From positions 1 through 52,455 of the IMG/VR virus record IMGVR_UViG_3300037962_000290: DNA of 52,455 bases; one strand, written 5' to 3'. Source of the DNA: a virus (lineage: Duplodnaviria; Caudoviricetes). Within the stretch, counting starts at the first letter, position 1. Every line of letters begins with the position of its first letter. The notes beneath the pieces were generated by a model that had not been told where the DNA came from, did no database searches, and saw only the letters and a program-made list of their open reading frames with translations. Shown here piece after piece: positions 1-8,597 of the stretch. Made by a program: the position numbers and the translations under genes.

Positions 1-268
1 TAAGCGTATTTGAGTCTGCTCCAACCAAACCTGTAATTTTAGACTTAACACTTGATGTAATAGATAACATGCTTATTGTTACACCACCTAAAGAAGAAGT
101 GTTAGTAGAAGAAGAAACCACTACCACGCAAGCAGATAGTGTATTAGATTTTAATGATCTTGATATAGATTATCTTGCAGAAGATTATTTAAAAGAAGAT
201 AGTCTTGAGTTTACAGAGTTAGATATAAATTATCTTGATGTAAATTACCTAGAAGATTTATTAAACGT
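1..268. repeat. Terminal direct repeat, left copy (assembly overlap marking a circular/permuted genome)
   Basis: 1-268 matches 52188-52455 except 6 substitutions (positions 89, 99, 101, 125, 179, 191). Confidence 0.95.
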
Positions 269-548
269 GTTAGATGCACTAGCAATAGATGAAGAAGAAG
301 ATGTGTTAGCTCAAGCTACGAGTACGCAAATAGCAGGAACTTTATTAGGCAAAGATCCTGACACACAAATAACAACATTTATAACAGGAAATGTAGTAAG
401 TTTACGTAGACAGGTTAATGAAAGTGTTAGAGTTGATCTAAATGGTAGTAATGCTTATACGGTAATTTTGATTCAAGACGGAGTTTCTAATATAATTAAA
501 ATTAACGGAGGGAGTGACAGCATTATTACTATCACTCAAAGTGATTAA
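3..548 (+). CDS. FecR-domain protein, C-terminal part (gene starts at 51617 and crosses the junction; about 372 aa in total)
   Basis: Frame is open from base 3 and continuous with the 51617 ORF through the terminal repeat. Acidic DxL-type repeats precede a beta-rich C-terminus; the stop abuts the ATG at 549. Confidence 0.85.
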   Translation, partial: SVFESAPTKPVILDLTLDVIDNMLIVTPPKEEVLVEEETTTTQADSVLDFNDLDIDYLAEDYLKEDSLEFTELDINYLDVNYLEDLLNVLDALAIDEEEDVLAQATSTQIAGTLLGKDPDTQITTFITGNVVSLRRQVNESVRVDLNGSNAYTVILIQDGVSNIIKINGGSDSIITITQSD

Positions 549-2315
549 ATGAAGCGACTAATATTACCATTACTTATATTACTAAGTTTACCTTTAATAT
601 TTCAATCTGGTCCTACAGAGATACTTAAATTAAAAACTTTTGACACTTTTATAAAAACACCTGAGCCATCAGGTAATTTTGTAATACTTAACATTACAGA
701 AGAAGACTTAGAAATAGAGGGGGGCTGGCCTTTACCCAGACGAAGATTAGCAGAAATACAAGTAGATCTTTTAAACAAAGGTGCAATAGGTGTTGGATGG
801 GTGATAAGCTTTCCGCAACCTGATCGTATGGGTGGAGATGAAATGTTTGCTGCATCACTAGATTATGCCCCATCAGTAATTGCTATGTTTGAAGACGGTA
901 AAGGCAATTTTCCTCCGAGTCCTGGTACAGTAGTGTTAGGTAACACAAATGGTGGTATAATGACCACGGGAGTAAAGGAAAACCTACCTCTATTATCCAA
1001 CTATTCACTACAAGGGTTGGCCGTTGCTCCCACAGATATTGATTTACTTGTAAGAAAAATACCTCTTTTAGTTAAAACACCTAATAACGAATGGATACCT
1101 AGTTTTGGTACACAAATATATAAAGCTCTGTTTGATGTAAAAACTTATATTATAAAAACTAATGATAATGGTATATCAGAAATATCAATAAAAGGTATAC
1201 CACCTGTTAAAACAGATAGCCTAGGTAGAAAGTGGATTAGTTGGGTAGATACACCACAAACAACCCTTTCTGAGATGGATGTATTTGGTAAATTTGTTTT
1301 TGTTGGAGTTACTGCTAATGGGGTTATGCCACAAATTGCTACACCCTCTAATGCAGGGTTATTAGAACCGCACAAAATACAAGCAGCTTTGGCTGAGTCA
1401 ATATTAATAGAAAATAGTCCCTATATACCAGAGTGGTCATTAGTTGTTGAGTTATTTATTTTATTGGTTTTTGTAACTTTAGTTTGGTTTGCGTTACATT
1501 ATTTTGGTATTACTTTAGGCATAATATCTGCTTTAGTGTTAATGATAATTACTGGATCAGGTGGTATTTATTGCATTCAACAAGGTACATTAATTGACGT
1601 ATCTTGGACAATAATATCTGAATTTATAGCAGGGTCTACGGCTTTTTACTTACGTTTTAGACAACAATATAAATTAAGACAACAAATAAAAAAACAATTC
1701 GAACACTATTTAGATCCAAGACAAGTAAAACATTTACAAGATAATCCAGACTCTTTAGTGTTGGGTGGAGAACGCAGATATTGTACTTTTCTATTCACAG
1801 ATGTACGTGGTTTTACAGCATTATCTGAAAAACTAGAGCCAGAAGAAGTAACTAAAATTATGAATGAGGTGCTTACTATACAAGCAGATACAGTCAAATT
1901 TTATGACGGTATGGTAGATAAATACATAGGTGACGCTATGATGGCAATATTTAATGCACCAGTTGATGTACCAGATCACGAAACAGCAGCAGTATTGTGT
2001 GCTAAAGAAATCCAAGATAAAGTAAAAATGGCTAATTTAGGAGTTGAAATAGGAGTTGGTATTAATACTGGATATGCCGTAGTTGGTAATATGGGTAGTG
2101 ATACAAGGTTTGATTATTCTGCTATTGGTGATGCAGTAAACTTAGCTGCAAGGCTTGAAAGCTCGACAAAGGAAGTTGGAGAAGATATTGTAATAGGTTA
2201 TGATACTATTAAATCTAGTTCATTTAGCGACCAAATTATGTTAAAAGAACTTGATAGTATTTTTGTTAAAGGCAAAAAAAAGCCTATTAAAATATATACA
2301 TTACAAAATGGTTAA
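549..2315 (+). CDS. CHASE2-domain membrane-bound class III adenylate/guanylate cyclase
   Basis: N-terminal hydrophobic segment; CHASE2 motifs (GGWPLPRRRLA, DRMGGD, D-LLVRKIPL, VFVGVTA); three TM helices; cyclase motifs LFTDVRGFT, VDKYIGDAMMA, GDAVNLAARLES, VKGK. Confidence 0.95.
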   Translation: MKRLILPLLILLSLPLIFQSGPTEILKLKTFDTFIKTPEPSGNFVILNITEEDLEIEGGWPLPRRRLAEIQVDLLNKGAIGVGWVISFPQPDRMGGDEMFAASLDYAPSVIAMFEDGKGNFPPSPGTVVLGNTNGGIMTTGVKENLPLLSNYSLQGLAVAPTDIDLLVRKIPLLVKTPNNEWIPSFGTQIYKALFDVKTYIIKTNDNGISEISIKGIPPVKTDSLGRKWISWVDTPQTTLSEMDVFGKFVFVGVTANGVMPQIATPSNAGLLEPHKIQAALAESILIENSPYIPEWSLVVELFILLVFVTLVWFALHYFGITLGIISALVLMIITGSGGIYCIQQGTLIDVSWTIISEFIAGSTAFYLRFRQQYKLRQQIKKQFEHYLDPRQVKHLQDNPDSLVLGGERRYCTFLFTDVRGFTALSEKLEPEEVTKIMNEVLTIQADTVKFYDGMVDKYIGDAMMAIFNAPVDVPDHETAAVLCAKEIQDKVKMANLGVEIGVGINTGYAVVGNMGSDTRFDYSAIGDAVNLAARLESSTKEVGEDIVIGYDTIKSSSFSDQIMLKELDSIFVKGKKKPIKIYTLQNG

Positions 2316-2523
2316 TAAAAAAATGACAGTTAATGATGTTGCAGAAAGACTAACAAAGTTAGAAACAATATCACATGAACGTTGGAAGACTGCATTTAAT
2401 GAGTTTTCTGATATAAAACAAGAAATAACCTATATTAATTCAACTATGAAAGCAGCCACCTTTGGCGTATTTGGCTTTCTTGGTGCTATTGGTATAGCTG
2501 TATTAACGAGTATATTAATATGA
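2308..2523 (+). CDS. Small coiled-coil protein with C-terminal TM helix (lysis-cassette membrane protein)
   Basis: ATG at 2308 overlaps the cyclase 3' end; ERLTKLE coiled coil; hydrophobic C-terminus. Confidence 0.65.
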   Translation: MVNKKMTVNDVAERLTKLETISHERWKTAFNEFSDIKQEITYINSTMKAATFGVFGFLGAIGIAVLTSILI

Positions 2524-2999
2524 AAGGAATACTTAAAAATATAGTTGGTGCTGTGGCTCCGACATTAGGTTCAGCTATGGGTGGTCCATTAGGCAATATG
2601 GCTATGGGTAAAATAGCAGAAGTATTAGGTGTATCTAATGATCAAAAATCTATACAACAAGCTATGCAAAGTGCTACACCTGAGCAAATGCTGGAACTTA
2701 AAAAAGCAGAACAAGAGTTTGAAGTGCAAATGAAAGAACTTGATGTAGATGTTTTTAAATTAGAAACACAAGACAAACAACATGCTAGAGGTATGTTTAG
2801 CAAAGACTGGACCGCAAGGATTATCGGTCTATTTACTATTGGTGGGTTCCTTGGTTATATATTTTTAGTTACCTTGCAGCCGCCAGAACAAAACTCAGAA
2901 GCATTAATAAACCTAGTCTTAGGTTATTTAGGAGGACTTGCAAGTGCAATTATTTCGTTTTATTTCGGAGCATCTCACACAAACGACAAAGGAGAGTAA
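2520..2999 (+). CDS. Putative holin
   Basis: Amphipathic N-terminus plus two C-terminal TM segments ending FYFG; directly upstream of the lysozyme. Confidence 0.65.
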   Translation: MKGILKNIVGAVAPTLGSAMGGPLGNMAMGKIAEVLGVSNDQKSIQQAMQSATPEQMLELKKAEQEFEVQMKELDVDVFKLETQDKQHARGMFSKDWTARIIGLFTIGGFLGYIFLVTLQPPEQNSEALINLVLGYLGGLASAIISFYFGASHTNDKGE

Positions 3000-3000
3000 G

Positions 3001-3444
3001 ATGAAAATATCCCAAGAAGGATTGTCTTTGATAAAAAAATTTGAAGGTTGCGAGCTTGAGGCCTATAAATGTGCAGCAGGAGTTTGGACTATAGGATATG
3101 GCTCTACAAAAGGAGTAAAAGAAGGAGATACAATAACTCAAGATGGAGCAGACAAATTATTAGCAGAAGAAATGCACGAATATGAAGGATACATAAATGA
3201 TATGGTCACTTCTGATTTAAAACAAAATGAATTTGATGCTTTGGTATCGTGGGTGTTTAATCTTGGACCTAGTAACTTATCTTCAAGTACTTTGTTAAAT
3301 AGATTAAACAACAAAATGTGGGATGATGTGCCGAATCAAATAAAGCGTTGGAACAAAGCTGGTGGTGAAGTTTTACAAGGCCTAGTAAGAAGAAGAGAAG
3401 CTGAAGCTTTGCTATTTGAAGGCAAAGAATGGCATGAGGTTTAA
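3001..3444 (+). CDS. Endolysin, GH24 phage lysozyme
   Basis: MKISQEGLSLIKKFEG...AYKCAAGVWTIGYG, FDALVSWVFNLG, GLVRRREAE; GGAG RBS before ATG 3001. Confidence 0.95.
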   Translation: MKISQEGLSLIKKFEGCELEAYKCAAGVWTIGYGSTKGVKEGDTITQDGADKLLAEEMHEYEGYINDMVTSDLKQNEFDALVSWVFNLGPSNLSSSTLLNRLNNKMWDDVPNQIKRWNKAGGEVLQGLVRRREAEALLFEGKEWHEV

Positions 3445-3446
3445 CT

Positions 3447-5315
3447 ATGCCATTAAAAAAAACAGTATTTAGACCAGGCATAAACAGAGAGGGTACTGCT
3501 TATGATAATGAGGGTGGCTGGTTTGATTGTAATTTAGTTCGTTTTCGTAAAGGTAGACCAGAAAAATTTGGTGGTTGGGAAAAACTTAGTTCTGCCACAT
3601 ACGAGGGTACTGCAAGAGCATTACATGGTTGGATCTCATTAGGCGGAACCAAGTATTTAGGTTTAGGAACACATTTAAAATATTATATTGAAACTGGTAC
3701 AGTATTTAATGACATAACTCCAATAAGACTAACGACATCTGCAGGAGATGTTACTTTTTCAGCCAGTAATGGTGATGCAACTATAACCGTTACAGATACA
3801 TCACATGGCGCAGTACAAAATGATTTTGTTACATTTAGTGGTGCATCTAGTTTAGGTGGTAACATTACAGCTGCAGTTTTAAATCAAGAGTATCAAATAG
3901 CCACTATAGTAAATGCTAATAGTTATACGGTAGAAGCAAAAGACACTTCAGGATCGACTGTAACAGCAAACGCTAGTGATAGCGGTAACGGTGGATCTTC
4001 TGTCGTTGGAACATACCAAATAAATGTGGGTTTAGATGTTTATGTGCCTGGAACTGGTTGGGGCATAAACGGTTGGGGTGAGGGTACTTTTGGTAGTGCT
4101 TCCTCATTAAGTAGCACAAATCAGTTGCGTTTATGGACACATGATAATTTTGGCGAAGATTTAATTATAAATGCTAGAAATGGAGGTATTTATAAGTGGA
4201 CAGAAAATAACGGCGTGTCTACAAGAGCAGTAGAATTATCTGGTATCTCAGGAGCAAACCTAGTGCCAACTGTAGGATTACAAGTAATAACATCAGAGGT
4301 TGATAGACATCTAATTGTATTAGGAGCAGATCCTATATCTGGAACAAGTAGAACTGGAACTATTGACCCCATGTTAATAGCTTTTAGCGATCAAGAAAAT
4401 GATCTTGAATTTGAACCACTATCAACTAATACAGCAGGATCTTTACGATTATCTTCTGGGTCATCAATTATTGGAGCGGTTAAATCAAGACAAGAAATAT
4501 TAGTTTGGACTGATACTGCTTTGTATAGTATGCAGTTTATTGGCCCTCCTTTCACTTTTGCAATAAATTTAATTAATGAAGGTACAGGCTTAGTAGGTCC
4601 TAATGCTGCAATAACAGCACCTTCTGCTGTATTTTTTATGAGTTACAACAGTTTTTATTCATACAACGGCACAGTACAAACGTTACCTTGCTCTGTACAA
4701 AACTATGTATTTAATGATATCAATCTTACACAATCGTTTAAAATTAACGCTTTTACTATAAAAGATAAAAACGAAGTAGGCTGGTTCTATTGTTCTAGTA
4801 GCTCTGATGAAATCGATAGATACGTTATTTACAATTATGCAGAACAATTGTGGTTTTATGGTCAATTGGTTAGAACAGCCTGGCTAGATTCTGGTATAGA
4901 AAATTATCCTAGAGCAGTAAGTGGTGGTTATTTATTTAAACAAGAAAGTGGTTTTAATGATGATGGATCGCCTATGACTGGTGTATTTATAGAGAGTTCT
5001 GACTTTGATTTAGATGATGGAGAAAAGTTTGCTTTTGCAAGAAGAATAATACCTGACTTTAAATTTATAGAAGATTCTAATAACGGAAGCGTAAATGTAG
5101 TAGTAAAAACAAGAAACTTTCCAGGCGATACTTTGACTACAAACTCAACAAACGAAGTATCTAGTACAACACAACAGGCACATATACGTGCTAGAGCAAG
5201 ACAAATGGCATTACGTATAGAAAGTAATGATGATGCAACAAATAACGGTAATTTATCAATAGGTTGGCGATTAGGAGCTACAAGAATAGATATAAAATCA
5301 GACGGTAAAAGATGA
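3447..5315 (+). CDS. Tail/portal-closure (P22 gp10-like DNA stabilization/nozzle) protein
   Basis: 622 aa, beta-propeller-like composition, PGINREGT N-terminus, position before the ejection-protein genes. Confidence 0.65.
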   Translation: MPLKKTVFRPGINREGTAYDNEGGWFDCNLVRFRKGRPEKFGGWEKLSSATYEGTARALHGWISLGGTKYLGLGTHLKYYIETGTVFNDITPIRLTTSAGDVTFSASNGDATITVTDTSHGAVQNDFVTFSGASSLGGNITAAVLNQEYQIATIVNANSYTVEAKDTSGSTVTANASDSGNGGSSVVGTYQINVGLDVYVPGTGWGINGWGEGTFGSASSLSSTNQLRLWTHDNFGEDLIINARNGGIYKWTENNGVSTRAVELSGISGANLVPTVGLQVITSEVDRHLIVLGADPISGTSRTGTIDPMLIAFSDQENDLEFEPLSTNTAGSLRLSSGSSIIGAVKSRQEILVWTDTALYSMQFIGPPFTFAINLINEGTGLVGPNAAITAPSAVFFMSYNSFYSYNGTVQTLPCSVQNYVFNDINLTQSFKINAFTIKDKNEVGWFYCSSSSDEIDRYVIYNYAEQLWFYGQLVRTAWLDSGIENYPRAVSGGYLFKQESGFNDDGSPMTGVFIESSDFDLDDGEKFAFARRIIPDFKFIEDSNNGSVNVVVKTRNFPGDTLTTNSTNEVSSTTQQAHIRARARQMALRIESNDDATNNGNLSIGWRLGATRIDIKSDGKR

Positions 5316-5653
5316 GTAAGCTATTACCAACTCAGCTACCTACAGCGCAAAACGAGGTAGATCCTAATACATTTAACCGTTTAGTCAGATTATTAGAAAT
5401 AAATTTAGGGGCGGTAGACCTAGACAATACGCGTCAAGTAAGCGAAAATGAGCTCAATACTATAAATTTTAATGCTGGTAGTATTATTTGGAATACAACA
5501 TTAGAAGTATTACAAGTATATACAGGCAATAAATGGGTAGATATTGGTACAAGACTTGTAGATGATGGTTTGCAAGCAACAAGTGCAGTAGGTAAGGTTA
5601 CAGTAAAAAACAACGGAGCCACATCTATAAAACTTGCTAATTTTGGTAAATAA
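5312..5653 (+). CDS. Hypothetical virion protein
   Basis: ATGA overlap; GSIIWNTT..LQVYTGNKW motif typical of tail-associated proteins. Confidence 0.6.
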   Translation: MSKLLPTQLPTAQNEVDPNTFNRLVRLLEINLGAVDLDNTRQVSENELNTINFNAGSIIWNTTLEVLQVYTGNKWVDIGTRLVDDGLQATSAVGKVTVKNNGATSIKLANFGK

Positions 5654-5672
5654 TAGATACTTTAAGTATCTA
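5654..5672. promoter_or_regulatory. Perfect palindrome TAGATACTT-T-AAGTATCTA before the ejection-protein genes
   Basis: 9-bp arms in a 40-bp intergenic gap; function unknown. Confidence 0.3.
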
Positions 5673-5693
5673 AAAATAACTTAGTAAAAAGCT

Positions 5694-6956
5694 ATGGAAT
5701 ATAACGTACAAAAATTAGCAGATATGGGCAGATTCGAGGACGATCAACTAGCTCATGTTGCAACAGGTGAAATGATCGTACCCCCAGTAATATCGCCAAA
5801 TACAAGAATGATGATTGAGCAAGACATGCTAAATCAAGGTATGGACCCTAATCAATATATCGTAGGCGGTAATCCCTCTATAAACCCGCAAACTGGGCTA
5901 CAAGAGTTTTTTATAAAAAAACTATTTAAAAAAATAAAAAAAGTAGTTAAAAAAGTAGCACCTATAGCAGCTATAGGTTTAGGTGTTGCTGGTTTTGCTG
6001 GCGCAGGTCCTTTAGGTGGATTTTTAGGTAAAGGTGCCGCAAAAGCAACATCAGGTAAAATATTTGGAGCTGGTGGTAAATTTAGAGCTGGTCTAAGTGG
6101 ATTTTTTAATCCAGCAAAAGGCACACCTGGTATTTTTGGTGGCAAAATTGGTCCAGGCATAAGAAGAGGCCTTGGAAGTATGTTTAAACCAGGTCAACAA
6201 TTACAACAAGTCACAACTAAAACTGGCGAGTTTGGTGAACCTGTTTACACTTTTGATGATGGAACAGAGGTGTCTGCCGCACAATTACAAGAAATGGGAT
6301 ATTCTTTTGATGCTAGTGGAAATCCAATAGCGCCAACACAAACAACAAGTGAGAGAGGTCCTTTAAATATGCCTTTTGGACCTATGTTAAGAAAAAGATT
6401 TTTAGGTGATGATTCACAACCTATATTTGGAAAATTAACAGATGCAGATAAAAAAGACGGTTTCAATTTTGGTGGGAAAGGCGGTCTTATGGGACTAGCT
6501 GCTCTGTATGGTTTAGCAACTAAAAGAGCCGCAGAAAAAACAGAAGGTGGTCTACGTGACATACGGTTATCTACAAGACCAGATCTCATGCCACAACAAG
6601 TATTTCAAGGCTTTGATACTGGCGTAAGACCAGGTATGTCTTATGGTGGTGCTTTAGGATACCGACCAGGCATGTCTTATGGAGGTCCTATGGATGAGGA
6701 TGAATTAGATTTGCGTATAGGCGGTCCATCTATCGGTCCTGGTACCGAAACAAGTGACGATATACCTGCTATGTTAAGTGATGGTGAATTTGTTATGACC
6801 GCTGCTGCAAATAAAGGACTAGGTGGTTTTAAGATAGAAAAAAACAAAGATAGTCTTACTATTTTTCCAACAGGTAAACCAGACAGAGAACAAGGATTCA
6901 AAAACAACGACAAGTTGATGAAGTTTTTTGAAAACTATCAAGATATGATGAGTTAA
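5694..6956 (+). CDS. Putative internal virion/DNA ejection protein
   Basis: D-x-x-LAHV..GE and SINPQTGLQEF motifs, Gly-rich amphipathic segments, GPGTETSDDIPAMLSDGEFV motif. Confidence 0.6.
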   Translation: MEYNVQKLADMGRFEDDQLAHVATGEMIVPPVISPNTRMMIEQDMLNQGMDPNQYIVGGNPSINPQTGLQEFFIKKLFKKIKKVVKKVAPIAAIGLGVAGFAGAGPLGGFLGKGAAKATSGKIFGAGGKFRAGLSGFFNPAKGTPGIFGGKIGPGIRRGLGSMFKPGQQLQQVTTKTGEFGEPVYTFDDGTEVSAAQLQEMGYSFDASGNPIAPTQTTSERGPLNMPFGPMLRKRFLGDDSQPIFGKLTDADKKDGFNFGGKGGLMGLAALYGLATKRAAEKTEGGLRDIRLSTRPDLMPQQVFQGFDTGVRPGMSYGGALGYRPGMSYGGPMDEDELDLRIGGPSIGPGTETSDDIPAMLSDGEFVMTAAANKGLGGFKIEKNKDSLTIFPTGKPDREQGFKNNDKLMKFFENYQDMMS

Positions 6957-6958
6957 TT

Positions 6959-8596
6959 ATGGGATTATTAAGAAGAGCTTTACAAAAAAGAAGAGGTAGA
7001 AGAGATTTTGGACCTCCTATGGGTAGACCAAGAATGGTTCCAAATATACCTGCACCAATACCTCCACTTGAGCCATTTGAAAGATTACCATTTGATGATC
7101 CAAGAAATGATTTCATGTCTATACAAAGGATTGAAGATGTTGGTGTTCCAGGCATAACTCCAATAGAACCTGTCATGCCACCTCCAATACCTTTACCAAT
7201 ACCTCCAGTTTTACCACAACCAATAATTCAACAACCACTAATTGGTGACACGGGACCTATTAGTAATTTAGATTTACGTATTCGTCAAATGCCCTCACAA
7301 CTTCCTGTTGACCCTCGTAAAATTCCACAAAGACCTCCATCTATAGGTGGCATAGGTGGTATTAGTGCTGTGCCACAAGAACCTATAGAATTAGAAACTG
7401 GACCAGTAACTATCGGTGGACCTAAAGATTTAGGTGGTGTAGGTCCTACACCAGGTTTAAATGTACCGCAGATTGGTAATTTTAATTTAGAAAAAATGCC
7501 TTTACTACCCAAGCGTGATGATTTCATGTCAATAGGTGGTCCAGGTGGTGGTCTATCAGATTTAAGGCAAGCAATAAATCCAGACACAGGTCAACCTTAT
7601 ACTCCCTTACCAGATATAGATGCTAGTTTAAGACGTGGTGATTTTGCTGGTAGACCTAATCAAGGCACACCATCAAGAATTGATGGTTTTTACGCAGCTT
7701 TTCCAGACGCACCAACTCCTCCTGTAATTGGCACCACGGATATAATGATGTTTACAGACCCAATCACAGGTAAACAAATGCAAGGTTCTTCCACAGATGC
7801 GAATTACAGACGTAGGCTCAAAGAATATTTAGACGCAAATCCTGGAGCTATGGAAAGTTATCAACAAAATGTGTTATCTGCTCCTACTACGCCAGCTGCA
7901 GTGGCGGATGATGTAGGGGCAGTACCCCCAACTACAATACCTGCTGACACAAGAGGACAAATTGACCCAGTTTTAGCGCAACAAGATACTAGTGAAGTTT
8001 TATCAGACCCATTATTACGTGCACTTTATTTTGGTACTGCTGATCAACCTGGGTTTATAAATCAATTGCAACAAGCAACCCAAAACGTTATGGGAGCAGA
8101 GCTACCGTCTACACAATTTGATCCAAATATGACACAGCAATTCTTTAATCCCTTTGAAGATAGAGTCGTACAACAAACCATACAAGATGTTATGGATTTT
8201 GGTGAGAAACAAGATGTTGCCGCTAGAGCAAGAGACATACAAACAGGCGGTTTATCAGCTTTTGGTTCTAGGGCTAGATTAACGGCTGATGAAAGAAGAG
8301 AGGCGCTAGGTAGAGGATTAGCTGAATCTTTAAGCGGTATAAGACAATCAGGCTTTAGCGAAGCACAAAGAGCAGCATTAGGTCAGTTTAGAGATCAATA
8401 CGAGAGGCAAATGGGACAAATAAATAGACCGATAGATTTACTAACAACTGTTGGCAGATCTTTGCCTGGATACGGAGCACAACAAACTGTAATAGACTCA
8501 CAATATAGACTTCCTGTAGATCCAACTGCCGCAGGACTTGGGGCTGCATTTAACACTTACTCAGCATTAAAACCAGGACAAACACCAGGAATTTAA
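6959..8596 (+). CDS. Putative internal virion/ejection protein with Pro-rich N-terminal half
   Basis: 545 aa; Gln/Ala-rich helical C-terminus with FFNPFEDRVV and AFGSR motifs; operon position. Confidence 0.55.
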   Translation: MGLLRRALQKRRGRRDFGPPMGRPRMVPNIPAPIPPLEPFERLPFDDPRNDFMSIQRIEDVGVPGITPIEPVMPPPIPLPIPPVLPQPIIQQPLIGDTGPISNLDLRIRQMPSQLPVDPRKIPQRPPSIGGIGGISAVPQEPIELETGPVTIGGPKDLGGVGPTPGLNVPQIGNFNLEKMPLLPKRDDFMSIGGPGGGLSDLRQAINPDTGQPYTPLPDIDASLRRGDFAGRPNQGTPSRIDGFYAAFPDAPTPPVIGTTDIMMFTDPITGKQMQGSSTDANYRRRLKEYLDANPGAMESYQQNVLSAPTTPAAVADDVGAVPPTTIPADTRGQIDPVLAQQDTSEVLSDPLLRALYFGTADQPGFINQLQQATQNVMGAELPSTQFDPNMTQQFFNPFEDRVVQQTIQDVMDFGEKQDVAARARDIQTGGLSAFGSRARLTADERREALGRGLAESLSGIRQSGFSEAQRAALGQFRDQYERQMGQINRPIDLLTTVGRSLPGYGAQQTVIDSQYRLPVDPTAAGLGAAFNTYSALKPGQTPGI

Positions 8597-8597
8597 T

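Noticed and set aside
1-268. Biological direct terminal repeat of the virion DNA
   Set aside because: It falls mid-gene and the copies differ at synonymous sites, which fits an assembly overlap of a circular or permuted sequence better.
69-548. Stand-alone 159-aa gene as given in the ORF track
   Set aside because: It is the C-terminal part of the FecR gene starting at 51617.
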